Assembly (NCBI GenBank): GCA_030704615.1
Contig: CM060732.1
Coordinates: 80,724,001 to 80,788,000 of the forward strand
DNA from: Takakia lepidozioides
Lineage: Eukaryota; Plantae; Bryophyta
Length of the DNA stretch: 64,000 nucleotides
Direction of reading: 5' to 3'
Positions 36,724 through 50,190 of the stretch are shown here, one piece after another. The notes below the pieces were generated by a model. That model was not told where the DNA came from. It did no database searches and saw nothing but the letters and a program-made list of their open reading frames with translations. The translations under genes and the position numbers were made by a program. Each line of letters begins with the position of its first letter. Position 1 is the stretch's first letter.

Positions 36724-39700
36724 CTAGTACACATCCACATCAACCAACTCCTCATCACTGGACTCTGAATCTCCATCGCAACTGTCCTCCGTGGGACATG
36801 GATGTGCTTCCTCAGATCGCATGTCTCTGTAAAGTGAAGCAACCTCTTCAGGTGTCACTTGGATGGTCTGGCCCACCCTGTCACTAGCAACATTGGTCTC
36901 TTCAATGTGATTGGGGGCTAAGAGGCCTGATACACTTGCAATATCATCGTTGCAAATGCTCACATCAGAAACAGCCCTGCGTGACCTGGGGTTTTTTTCC
37001 AGCACCACGTTCCATCTCGGTTCATTCACACACTCAGAGAAAAAAACTTGCTCGACCTGTGATGGGAGCACAAAAGGCTGTTCAAGTGGAGGCAACAAGT
37101 GGGAGAAATTCACCAATGTGAAGCCAGACTCGTCCTGCTTCATTGACACAGGCTGAGAGCCCACACGTCGTGCACGTACCCATGAACACAATAGCACCGT
37201 GGTGTTTGTGGAGCCATAATCCAATTCTAAAATCTCCTTTATGACACCCACATACCGTACGCTTTCCACCACCTGCTCACGGTCAATGCAAGTACTGTCA
37301 TGCTGGAAAACAGTAGAGACCCCCGAGTCATATGTCACAAAGGGGCTGTTGAGTCCATCTGAAGTAACCCTGAAGTGGTTTCCATAAGCCGACATGCTCT
37401 TGTATGATGTTGCGATTACTGATGGGGGTTTGGACATGTCCAACAATTCCTTGCAGGCTGAATCAGTAGCATGGTTGGCAACACTTGACACATGCTGGCG
37501 GACTGCTTTTACCAGCCATTCTGCAAAGTGAGGGAGAGCACGGATCTTGTTCTGGTTAGTAGCATTTTCAGTCTCCAACCTGCATTTCTCCACCTCATAG
37601 GACCTGCCAACACACGCACAACCACAGAAATTTATCTAGTGCAACCCCTGCAGCCGATGGAAGAACTACTGCACACACACCTATACAAAGCATACCCATG
37701 CATAGCAGGTACCAGAACGTTTGCCACTTACCCCAACATAATGCTCAAACTGGGATGGTTGTGAATGACGTAGTCGTGGACAAGCTGCAACAATTCGAGG
37801 GTCAACCTCCGTGGTCGACCAACTCCTTCCAATACCCAGCCCGACACTGATTCCTCCTCTCCTGCATCCCACACTCTCCGCCTAGTAGCATCAACAGAAG
37901 ACAAGTACTCTGTACAAAATCCCAATGCCTCGTCAAACACGTAGCCCTCCGCCATACTGCCCTCAGGCTTCGCCAAGTTTCGCACATACCCTTTAAAATC
38001 CTTCATTGCTCTCTCCACCGGGTACATCCACCGAGAAGCTACAGGTCCACACAAATCCACCTCATCCACCAAGTGGATAAGTAAATGTGTCATAACATCA
38101 AAAAATGAGGGTGGGAACTCTTTCTCCAGAAGACAAAGAGTCACTGCCACCTCCTTCTTCAATTCCTCATGCTCGGTGGGATCAATGAATTTTGCACAAA
38201 GCTTGCGAAACACACGGGACACTCTTAGTATGGCATTGCGAACCCCAGGCGCCATCAACCCACGTAGAGCAAGTGGGAGGATCTGTTGCATTAGCACGTG
38301 ATAATCATGTGACTTCAATTGGCTCAACTTTTGTTTGACCACATGTTTTTTGAAAGCAGAGGCATAGCCAGTGGGTACTTTCAGATTCGTGATAATCTCC
38401 AGGAACACCCGCTGCTCTGGTTTTGTGAGCACATATGGCGCATCAGGCATTACCAATGTATCCACTCTGGTGGGATGGCGTCGTAACCAAAGAGGCTTTC
38501 GAATGCCCTGCAATTCCATATCGCGGCGAACTTGCATCGTGTCCTTCTCGCCGAAAATAGTCTTGATTATGTTCTCCGTCACGTTCTTCTCGCAATGCAT
38601 GGTATCAAAAGTGTGGCGGATGATAAGATGCTGCACCATGTGGTCTAACAAATTAGGCACATTGCAATGCAGTCATGAATGATGTTTACAGCACAGGTTC
38701 AGTAAACAAACAATCATGCACAATGAAAAACCAATGCACTGTTTTGTTCCCAAAACACATGTGTGGTAATCGCACCTCCCAGTAAGGCAAGTCAAACAGA
38801 ATGGACAATCGTTTTACGCCATGGAGCTTGGAGGGATCGTTCTGTGCGCCTACAGTCCCACCATCATCAATCCATTGTTTGTAATGTCGTGCACGCTCCT
38901 TGATTTCGGTGGCTGTCACTGTATGTGGAGCAGGTCTCATGTCTCGCGCCCCATTAAAAAGTCTGGATCTTCTATAGGCATGATTGTGGGGAAGATAGCG
39001 TCGATGCCCCTGGAATATCAATTTCTTACAAGCTGGGGAATATCTGGAATCGACTTGAGGTCCACATGCTGGACAAGCACAGTACCCTTGGTGAACCTGA
39101 CCTGATAACAAGCCATAGGCGGGGAAGTCATGTATGGACCACATGAGGACTGCACGCATGTTAAAAGCCCGCTCTCCTTCAATGGCTGCCACATCCACGG
39201 CTGCAACTCCCACCCACAATGTCGTTAGCTCCTCCACTAGTGGTTGCAGGTAAACATCCACATTTTCACTTGTCACAGATTCCTTTCCAGGAATGAGGAG
39301 TGTTAACATGACAAAAAAATTCTTCGTTACCAACCATGGAGGTAGATTATAATTGAGCACCATGATGGGCCAGGTGGACCAAGAAGTGGATTTGGTGCCA
39401 TAAGGATTGACCCCATCCAGTGCCAATCCAAGACGCAGATTTCTTGGATCTGAAGCAAAATCCGGCCATGTGTTGTCAATATGGCACCAAGCCTTACTGT
39501 CTGCAGCATGCCGGACCATGCCATCTGCACTTCTATGATTGTTGTGCCACTTCATGAGCTCTGCCAGCGTCTTAACTCGAAACATCCGTTTCAATCTAGG
39601 TATGAGAGGAAAGTATCGCAACACCTTCTTGGGCACCTTCCCACGGCCGTCCATGTATCGACGACTATGGCACTTGGGGCAATTAGCAGCCTTTTTGAGG

Positions 39701-41261
39701 TCTCCACGAAACAATACACATCCACGCTCACAGGCATGGATCTGTTTGTATCCTAGACCCATCATGGCGATCATATTTTTGGCCTCATACTGCGATTTCG
39801 GCAAGGTGTTTTGTTTGGGCAAAATCTCCAGCCTCAACAATGAAAATAACTCATCCACAAATGCGTTGGTACATCTGTGAGTGGCGCAAGAATTGAGCAA
39901 CATCAATGTGGCAGTCAATCGGTTGTGAACGCTCCCATCGTATAAGGGGATTTGGGACTCTCGCATGAGTTTTCCATGGTGAAGATCATTTGGCGCGCCT
40001 GCTTCTTCTCCGCCCATATTTTCCCCATCAGGCATTTCAGAGGGATTTGCGCCATTCTCAACAGCCTCATCATTGTCCAAGTGAAGGGCATTTGGGGCAG
40101 GTGTGGGATTCTCCCGGAGGGTATCTGATATTTCAAATGCATCTTGCACAGCACGGGCAATCTGGCCCCGTAGCCCATTGCCGTCTTGTCCATCCAAATT
40201 GACGTCGTTTGCAACACTCTCTAGGCTACATTCAGCCTCCACTTCAGAGTCGGATGTAATGTAGCCCTGTGAACGCAAATGAAATCATAAATTGGGATAC
40301 GATGAACAGGCTTTTTTCAAAACTCCCAGATTATGAAATTTCATTTAAACACTGTCATGTAAGCAAACACTTTGTAGAATTGCACTAGTTCAATACAGGT
40401 GAATGCTACAAGTCTCCCCCGCACTTGCGAATCAGGAGACGAAATTGGTCGGCCACAGACTTCATTTCGAAGCAGCTTGTGGAGCTCAGACACAAACACA
40501 AATGAAAACTACTCTCATATAATACGGCAAAGTAGGAACACAGTTTTCATCGAAAAACAAAACAAACATACCCTCTGTGATAGAGGGAGACATCCCCACA
40601 TACAGACAGCTATCTGCACAGACCAACAAAGTGAAAGCTCTCAACAAATATGCCCAAGTGGGCAGTGCGTTGAAGGCATGACACATGGCAACAAACTGCC
40701 AAAAGCCCAAAATGCATATTGCCTTCACACATGGCAGTCAACAACGACCATGTAGTCATGACCCTGACTACATGACTCCAGTACAACCAATGGAAGAACA
40801 CCACGTAGTTGAAATGTCCATGATCCACGGTCATGAAGTCATGGACATGACTACTCTGACGCACTACCGACTACATGACTCCATCACTACGACTCCATGA
40901 CTCCAATACATCCAACGGAAGAACGACACGTAGTTCGGACTCCAGTCACTCCCACGACTGTCCAAAATGCGGACATGCGCGGGCGTGCTGCGAGCATGTC
41001 AGAGTGCGTGCGTCGTGCAAGGCGTACCGGGACTGTACACTGTCGAAGGTTTGGGTCCCTCCCATACTTTGTTAGGTGTTTTTTGGCCATCGGTAGAAAC
41101 TGCGAGATCCCTCCATGGCATATTTTGCAGTTGCACAATATTTTGCGGTGCCCTTGTGCAATGGCATGCGCCTCCTCTAGTCGCCACAGTTTCTCATCTT
41201 TCCTGCGCACACGGAGTCGTTGAGCTGTTAGCCGAAACCCCGCTCTCGTTGTATACATTGT
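36724..41261 (-). CDS. CACTA transposase (TnpD/Tnp2-like), multi-exon, apparently largely intact
   Basis: CNCKIC..HL N-terminal exon. Transposase_21-like exon (IHACERGC, LRYFPLIPRL, RLGLALDGVNP, WSIHDFPAYG). DTMHCEKN, KSHDYH and RWMYPVER (DUF4218-like). PFVLPSQVEQVFF (DUF4216-like). Confidence 0.93.
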
Positions 41262-41865
41262 ACTTACACAGGGGGTGTGCAAGGGTCTTTGCAGCTGATG
41301 TCAGACTGCCATGGTCAGGCCCTCCCCGTGCGGTCCTCTGACTGCGTATGAGAAGCTAAGGGAGACCTGCATTGCTCGCAACAAAGAGGTTGAGGCGGAG
41401 TTGTTTGGTTCGCACCCACTGTGAGTATACTGAGAGGCGGCTCACCCTAGTGTTGTGGCCTAAATCTCGCAGGAGAGCATTCCACCTCAACCGGAGTGCT
41501 CAACTGACCCGAATACTTTAGTTTGGGGTTGTCAGACATCGCATTGCAGGGGCTTGTCATTAGGGTTTTTTTTTTAAAATGTGAGAGGTCTACGGTTTAG
41601 CCTGAAATTGCCCGCATCCTTGTCTTTTGGGTTTACGAGTTTTTCTACATTCCCAGTGTTGGGATTGCATTGCTAAGTACACAGAATGATGGTTGTGAGG
41701 CGACGCCTGTCTCCACACTATCATGGCGCACCATGAAGAGAGCGGGATTGGTTAATTTCTTCATGGGGCGAGGATTGCAGGCTTCTTGCTCCGAAACCAA
41801 AGCGTGCTTGCCGTCGACCTCCACTACCCACGGGACCACCCAGACGCAGTGGAAGGCTAGAAACA

Positions 41866-44800
41866 ATGGCCGACGAGGCACGACAGTATGTAGACGAAGA
41901 CGAGGAGGAGGATTTGTTGTGTGTCCCTGCGGGCGAGCACACTGGCGATTCTAGCGAAGATATTCTTCGCCACCCAGCTCCTGCACCCTCGCTTCCCCAG
42001 AAACGCCCGTCGCCGGCAAAATCACCATCTGTAAGCACCTCCTCACTATGACGCCACATCTTCAGCATTTCTATGCATTCACATGCTCAGCATACCCATG
42101 AAGGAAGCATGCAAATGTACAGAACGTGTCTGAGACTTTCTTAGCATTCCAGGATGTAAATGCACTTCCCACACAGAAGAGGTTGAAAGGTGGAAGCCAC
42201 AGAAAATCTGGCAGTGGACGTGGCACAACTTTGAATGCAATCACATTTGGAAAGTTCTCACTTTGGGAATTTCACATTGGGGAGATGGCATTGCTAGAAA
42301 AATTGGGATGTAGGAAGGAAGGGATGCCCGAGCATATAGGCAGTGAAACCCCACAATGGGATAGGAAATCAACCCCTTTTGCTATATCTTCATCGTGTAC
42401 ATAGTTTGGGTTAAAGTCAAAGGCTCTTACTAAGAGGTTGATACATAGTGATGTTTCTGTTTACAACTAAAATGCAATGTCCATTCAAATGAGTCCATCT
42501 ACCCACTGATGCAAGTACTTGTATGCACGCTTTGATACAAGCATGCCAATGGTTTTTGAGGTCTCCCCACTAGGTAGGCTTTGGAATTGGCCATGTAGAT
42601 TTGGCTCAGCCCCCACTTTTCTGAATGGGTAAACAGAAGTGTGGGGCACCTGATGAGTCTGAGGGGATGAGGACCTGCTCATAGGAGGATGAGTACAATC
42701 AAAGCTTTAAAATGGCAGGTGCACGGCGTTAATTTGTTCTAAGTTGCCATGATTTCATTTGAATGCTTTGATTGACTTTAATGTTTGAATTGGTTTTTAT
42801 TTTGTGCAGGCCAGGAAGAGGCGAGCTTCCATCGAAGGCACTGCAGCTGTGGTGGGCAGTCCATCGGGGCGGGGGTTGTTCAAACAAGTCAACCCTGCTA
42901 CAAACAAGTCCCCAAGCGCAGAACGACCACCTCCACGACCTATTCCACAGTACCCTCCGTACACACATTACCCACATGCCTACCCCACCCCCAATCAGTA
43001 TGGCGCTGCGGGCCCTTACAACCCGCACATCCAATACAAGCCCCCTCCAGGTGGTTACCCACAGCAGCCATATGCCCATTCTCCTTCACCTATTCCCCCT
43101 TACCTCCTAGACCCACATGCTTACCCGACATCTACACGTCCACCATACGAACCTTTTGGGCCATACGGTGGGCGATACTGTCCCGCCCCCCATTCCCCAT
43201 GGCAACCCCCAGCTGCCCCACCACCTGAGGTGGCAAAGGAAGAGACCCCTATGACCAAGAAGGAGCGAGCTAATGCTTTGAGGCGGGCGAACAGGCGTGC
43301 CAGGGCAGAGGCAATCCGAAACCATGATGCGCGAGACGAAGATGGACTCCCCCCTCAAGTGCTTCCGGTTGACAAAGCTGGAGAGCCCATTGGACCAGCA
43401 CGCAATACCCGGCATGCAGCCCTCAAAGGCCAGATGTGGCGTTTGTGTGACATGTCAATGCATATTGCAGCGCAGGATGAAGGCATCTGTTGAGGCTCGG
43501 CTTGTAAGTTCACACACCAGCCTATTTTCCCTCTTTGCCTTGGCTGATTGTTGTTTATAATGTGAAACAGGCTAAGTCCTGGCAGAAGAGAGTAGAAAAG
43601 ATTCTCAAGGACCTGGACCTGGATCCGCAAGTATTGACCCAGCTGGATAAATCTGACTTAGAGGCTGTAGTGTCTGAAGGCATGTCTGTTGCCATCAGAT
43701 TGTCTGATGAAAATGAAGTTAGGCAGAGAACTTCCCTGAAGTTGTTTCCAGTCAGTGACATGGGGGTGGACATCTTGGATGACCTCAAGGGTCTACCCAC
43801 AAGTTGGAAGTAGACTGAAATTTAAACTCAGGGCAGGAAGCCTACCTTTGAACAACAAACAGAAGCAGAGAGGAAAGGGAGAGTGCAATTGTCCGTAGTG
43901 TGGGCAATCTGAAGACAATATTCATTTTCTGATACACTGTCCGGGGTTCTCTCACCAAAGAGACGTTGTCTTCAATTCAATCAAGGGAATTGTGCCTGTA
44001 CCCCTGTTTACCAACTTTGAAACTCTCGAGGCTGAGCCAAAAGCCGCGGCCCTCCTGAGGCCTAGTTTTGGGGCAAATCACACCCAGCAGATTGATGCTT
44101 GTGTGAAGGGTTTTCTAGAGGATATCTGGAAAACCCGGATTAAATCTTTATATGAAGGTAAGTCTTACTACCAACGTCAACCCCTGACTGAGGTAGGTTC
44201 TGTTCCTTTTGTTCCCGCTCAAACTGGGGGGGTCAATGGCCAGAAGGCTACGGCAAACAACGTCTTATGAGTACAATGTATAATGGGGTGTCCATTTCCC
44301 CCATTTTACACCATGTTAGGAGGGAAGTACGAAGTGCCACCAGGCTTTGTCATTGAATTCTCCAAATTATGTCCCCGGCAATCAGGTTTTTCTTGAAGGG
44401 GTGTTGCCTGTGGAGTGAACTAAAGTGTTCATTCACCTTGTCGCAAGGTGCTTGAAGGCTTTTCTTTAAGGGGGGACCTGCCTTGGAGTACAGATCTGCT
44501 ATATGGGTTGATAGCTCCAACCAGGCTAAGTCTCTAGAATCCATTCAAGTGGGGGTGCTTAAGGAGTGTATGTCAGCATGCTCCAAAACAGCCAATGTGG
44601 TTGTTCGGGGTGAGTTTGGCATTCCATCCTTAAGCTCCCGACGAGATGAATTCAAGGTCAGATGGTGGGGTCAGCTGCAACATATGCCCAACACCAGATA
44701 TCCTAAGTTGATCGACTCTATATCTTGGAAACAGGACCGCCCTGTCAAACAGGCTAAGTCCTGGCAGAAGAGAGTAGAAAAGATTCTCAAGGACCTGGAC

Positions 44801-47800
44801 CTGGATCCGCAAGTCTTGACCCTGCTGGATAAATCTGCCTTAGAGGCTGTAGTGTCTGAAGCCATGTTTGTTGCCATGAGATTGTCTGATGAAATGAAGT
44901 TAGGCAGAGAACTTCCCTGAACTTCTTTCTAGTCAGTGACATGGGGGTGGACATCTTGGATGACCTCAAGGGTCTACCCACTCTCGGCACTAGACTGAAA
45001 TTTAAACTCAGGGCAGGAAGCAAGCCTACCTTTGAACAGCAAACAGAAGCAGAGAGGAAAGGGAGAGTGCAATTGTCCGTTGTGTGGGCAATCTGAAGAC
45101 AGTATTCATTTTCTGATACACTGTCCGGGGTTCTCTCACCAAAGAGACGTTGTCTTCAATTCAATCAAGGGAATTGTGCCTGTACCCCTGTTCACCAACT
45201 TTGAAAGTTGAGAGGCTGAGCCAAAAGCCCAGGCCTTCCTGAGGCCTAGTTTTTGGGCAAATCACACACAGCAGATTGATGCTTGTGTGAAGGGTTTTCT
45301 AGAGGATATCTGGAAAACCCGGATTATTGGATTACTAGAAAACCCGGATTACCCGAACCTGGCAAAGTTGTGAAGTGGGTGGGGTCCTCATTTTACATAC
45401 CAATCTGTAAGTGTGGATAGAGGAGGGTCTGATCAGAGTTGTCGTGCAATGATGATGTCAGGGCAGTATTTGAAACTGCAATAGTGAGAGTGAGTGTGAG
45501 TGTTAACATGACTTTTTGTGGTCATTAACATAGGGTAGTGTTGTGCTGGTGATTACTCTTCTGCATTAGCTGCATTTGTCACTCAGCTCTCTGTATTACT
45601 GCAGACATAGTGACTAGGTTAGTGGGCGCGGGGATACCAATATTGGTTGCATCCCAACAGTATGTCTGACAAACCTCTGTTCAATCACTGTTGTCACAGA
45701 ATGGTATGTCGCTCGTCAGGTTGACCATGCTAGCATACTGAGCTGGTACATGACAAATGCAGGCAAAGGAGCGAGGCCGAAGTCCATCGTTGCATGAAAT
45801 CCAGGAAGGTTCAGTAAGCAGAACATTGACCAGCGAGCGGATGGTGAGATCCACGTGATCATTCTTTCTCCCATTTTTTGTCGATTATTTTGTTCTAGGC
45901 ATTTTCCCTACCAACGGCATGATGTTCTCATGTTGTTCATGGACTTGCGTGGACCTGGCAGGAGGGGACCTCTGGGTATTCAGCAATTGCTCGCAAAGTG
46001 GAGGATATGGAAAGAGCACAGGGTGCACAACACAAAGATATGATGGATTTGAAGGCTACAATATCGCATGTGATGATGTACCAGAAGGCCATGGCTGAGA
46101 AATTTGGGACAGGTTTGACTTGCCTGGCATGTCACCAGGTAACGTCACTCCCGTTGATGCATTCGAGGATGATGTGCAGGTGGAGCATGTTGGCCCAGGT
46201 GGAGGGGACGACACCCCTACCAAGGAACTTACGCGTCCTCGTGCAGTTCTGTCACACTGTGCGGTAGTGGAGGCGCATGCAGAACTCCGGCCTGCTGCTG
46301 TCGCGGTGGGGGCATCTGAGACAACCCTGGACATTGACCTTGTTTCCCCGCGGGCAGATATTACCCAGCAACCCACGGTTGTCACTTCCACTCCCAACCT
46401 TCAATTAATGTCGGAGAATGTCGTGCACACAATAGTGGAGAAGGGCAAGCATTTGCTCATCCTAGATATTAATGGATTGCTGTGTGAGTGCGTCCATGTC
46501 GGGAGCGGTAATGCGTTTGTGGTTCCAAATGGCCTTGAGCACAAATTATGTGGTAGCAAGATGGTCGTTGTAAGGCCTGGTTGCAAAGCTTTTTTGGACA
46601 AGTGTTTTGAACACTTTGAAGTGGCAGCATGGTCTTGTATGCAACCACGTAACTTCCTACCCACAGTGGACTGGCTTTTCCATGGGCACCGTGACCTTGC
46701 ATTCAAGTGGGATGGGGGATATTGTGAGCAGTCCACTGACATGGATGGGAGCCTGCCCATGAAACCACGGTTTCTGAAGAACCTATCTACAGTGTGGCGG
46801 GACAACTGTGTCTGGAATCCTGAAACCACTCTTCTTGTTGACGACACACCGCACAAGGGGTCAAAAAATCCAGCATACAGCGCCATTTTCCCACTGCCTT
46901 GGAGAAGTCGTTCTGTAGAGGCGCACAATGATAATTTCCTTCTGACCAGCTTATGGCCCTTCTTGGAGGGGGCAGCTAAGGCTCCGAGCATTCCAGAATA
47001 TCTCAAAGGGCAACCCACATTTGGGCAACAAGCTATCAGCCCTCGAGCCATTCAGCCTCGCTGGGTAACATACTTTGTAGTGTGGTACACAGTGCCAGAC
47101 ATTAGAGGCATTTTTGTGTGACTCCCTTGTGCCATTGCCAGCCTCATTTGTGCTTAAGTTGTGGCAGTAAAACATGTTGTGATAGAGTTTGTCAAATTAC
47201 TGTCGCAGTGTCAACTGTAGGCATTGACAGTTTGGGTGCATCTTATTGTGTTAGTGTAATTTGAGTTCCCAGTGTAGATAATATACATTTTTGGTGCTTG
47301 TTGGTTGGTTGTAGGTGCTTGGCCATGAACGAGGCCCCCCAAATCAAAGGGCAGCACACCTTCACCCTTTGAGGAAGCCGACACCACTGATCCCTGATTC
47401 GCAGAATGGGGTAAGTGTATGCATCTGCTATTCTCCCCTTCCCGACCGGGATAGACAAATTGTTATTAGCTCCTTGTAGACCTTGTAGACACAATACGTT
47501 CCACGATCCATGTTCCACAATTCTCATGCAATCTGCCATGTTTGGGCTGGGATGGCAGTTCATGGTGGGAGACCATGTCAAGCTCATAGACACTGTTTCG
47601 CGATCAACAGCCGGATCTGGCCACACTGCTGGTCTCCAAGGGATGGAGGTGAGTGAAGGGTACCCTGTTGTGCCAGAAGGCTATGTGGCCATCCACATTG
47701 ATGATGTCCGCATTCCCAATGCCCCTCTACCATATCACAACAAATCCATGAAGCCTCATCACACTGAGTTGGGAGACACTGTAGGTTACATTACTGTGTG

Positions 47801-47840
47801 GAGTGACAAACTAGTGAAGACCTTGCAGACAAAGAGATGA
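41866..47840 (+). pseudogene. CACTA accessory (TnpA-like) gene containing an FCP1/NIF HAD-phosphatase-like domain; interrupted by LINE fragments
   Basis: Exon-like ORFs at 41866-42030, 42804-43493 (Pro-rich; VLPVDKAGEPIG), 45998-46120, 46120-47121 (HLLILDINGLL, RPGCKAFLDKCFEHFEVAAWS, KNLS..W, TLLVDDTPHKG..NP) and about 47550-47840 (IDDVRIPNAPLPY...LGDTVGYITVW). Confidence 0.7.
43562..45325 (+). mobile_element. Two tandem 5'-truncated LINE 3' fragments (RT thumb and C-terminal Cys/His knuckle)
   Basis: 43562-44280 and 44478-45325 share about 570 bp (AAACAGGCTAAGTCC...GGAAAACCCGGATTA). EYRSAIW...LESIQ...VVRGEFG...RYPK and RLKFKLRAGSLPL...CPLCG.SED..HFLIHCP. Confidence 0.8.
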
Positions 47841-49051
47841 GGCAGGTCGGCTAGCATCGTGGATTTCTTGGGGATTTCCACCTGTGCCTCATCCGGATTT
47901 GGCAACTACGGTAACTTATAGTAGTGACAGTTTCTCTGAATTGACTGTCCAATTTTGACATGTTGGATTTTCTCATGCATGTTGTTGCAAACTTATGCCT
48001 CATTAATGAGCAATGTGGTGGTAGGTGGTATGTCCCCATTGCACACACTATGGTTGGTTATGTTGTTGCTGTTCATATGTGGTTGATAATGGTGATGCTG
48101 GATGGTGATGTTGCTGCTATTGTGGTCTTTCAGAATTACGTCTGTGCCACTTTTGTGCCACTTTTGTGCCTAAAGTCTTGCTGTATACATGATTGTGATG
48201 TTGTATGGCACATGCACGTGGCACCCTATTGGCTGCCTCTGTGGCATATCCACGTGTCCGTCTAGAGTCATAACCATGAGTACCGAACCCAATATGATAC
48301 GTGTATGAGCATATTACATTCCGACACGTGACCCCCTAAGGTCCCCGCGCAGTTGGTCCTATGACTCCATATGCAGAACGTCCAGTCAAATGTATGTCTA
48401 CGAAGCAGCACGTGAGGTTTAGAGGATCGTGCACGTGGCACCACCTGGGACTACAACGTCCTCATGGAATCCCCTGTTCATGGAATATACCGTACTGCGC
48501 CAGTCGTAGGTATGACTGGCAAGAATCCACCACAGCTCTCAAAAGTCCAGCACGTGGGCACACACGAATGTGGCATATGGTGTCCCCAGATGCTGCCACG
48601 TGTTGACCCCAAATTTCCCCCCATGAAGACATACATGTGACTGCCAAGCCCCGTCCCCCACAGTGACACGTGGCAATGATATGTCGCACCACGCGTTTCT
48701 TCTATGACGCGACACGTGCTGTCGTTTAATTCCCTCGTCCGCTGTCATAGCTGGCAGTGAGGGCTGGTGTCGTAGTCTGACACGTGGCATGTTCTGTAGC
48801 CACCACGTGTCTGTCTGACACTGCGGCTGACATGGACTACACTGTCCGTTCAGTCATTCAGTAATGCCAGCGTGTATGACTACCCCCACAGCTGCTCTGG
48901 CGCCACGTGACAGCCAGCCTGGAGAGTCATATCTGCCATGTCACAACTGACTAGGTCTTTACGTCTTCAGAGTCAGGAAGTCGTAAATGGCTTCCATGAC
49001 TGCATTTGCAGTCATAACACAGAGACGTAAAAGCCGCTTTTTGTTGTAGTG

Positions 49052-50190
49052 TGCCAGGCTTGCACAAGCATTGCAAATGCACACAAAGTGGCCGGGCTTC
49101 ACCCCTCCCCCATCATTTGATCATAGGTCTCCAAAGCCTCCATCCCACGTCCCTGTTGTGCATACCCTGCAAGCATCGCACTCCACAACACCACATCTCG
49201 TTCAGCCATAGAGTCGAAAACTCCCTTTGCATCCTCAATGCATCCACATTTGGCATACATGTCCAGGTCAGGGCAGTGTTCAGAATGACATCTGGTGCAA
49301 TTCCTGCTTTGACCGATGTCACCATAGACCTCTTTCCCCTTTTCCAGGCTTGCACACGCATTGCAAGCACAAACAAACGTGATGTGGTTGGGCTTCACCC
49401 CTTAGCGCATTATTTGCTCACAGGTCTCCAAGGCATTCGTACCACGCCCATGCTTGGTAAATCCTGCCAAGATTATATTCCACGTGATCAAAGATCATTG
49501 AGGTATTCTGTGTTGAACACTTGGTGATCATCGATGATGCTCCCCTTAACATACATGTTGACAAGGGTGTTGAATAGAAAAACGTTCGGCATGAATCCAC
49601 TTTGGACAATGTGAGTGTGCACCTGCAGTCCAGCTTTCCTGCCAAGAGCCAAGAGCCAAGAGCCCACATTTGCAGGATGGACAAACTTCTTCACATCGTA
49701 CATTAAGAAAAAGCCACACCTTGCGATTGCGGTTGTCCCACCATTGTGAAGGATATGTAAAACCCTCATGCTAGCTTTGCTCCGCCGAACAATTCAGGGC
49801 CGAGTCTGATGAGAGGGCAAAACAAGCTGAAACAGGTCGAAGAAGAATCCTGCCATCACTAAATCCACGTGATCAATGCTCGTTCATAAAACAAGATTGT
49901 GCTGTAGTGTGTTGCCCCCAAGCCTCTGCACTAGGAAGACAAATGAAAACGCTCAATGGAAGCAGTATTTGTCTTCCCTTTGCAGCTTCGATGCTGGCAC
50001 ATTTGGCATACATGTCTACCAGGGTATCGTTCGGAATGACATCTGGTACAATTCCAGCTTTGATGATGTCAGCATGGACCTCTTTGCCCTTTTCCAGGGC
50101 TGCCAGGCTCGCACACGCATTGCATCTACAAACGGACGTGACTAGGTATGCCTTTACCCCTTCCCGCATCATTTGCTCATAGGTCTCCAA
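49052..50190 (-). pseudogene. Upstream part of the PPR/PDF mosaic (PPR fragments with a PDF half-motif exon)
   Basis: PPR ORFs 49099-49398, 49488-49640 and 49873-50190. FTYPSQWWDNRNRK|GT at about 49762-49720. Confidence 0.85.

Larger units (their letters stand above)
35045..49051 (-). mobile_element. CACTA (En/Spm) DNA transposon, 14.0 kb, with transposase and a divergent accessory gene
   Basis: TIRs CACTACAACA...TGTTGTAGTG. 3-bp TSD TGC (35042-35044 and 49052-49054). Removing the element restores the PPR repeat AGGGCTGCCAGGCTTGCAC. Subterminal ATGAC and CACGTG repeats. Confidence 0.96.
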
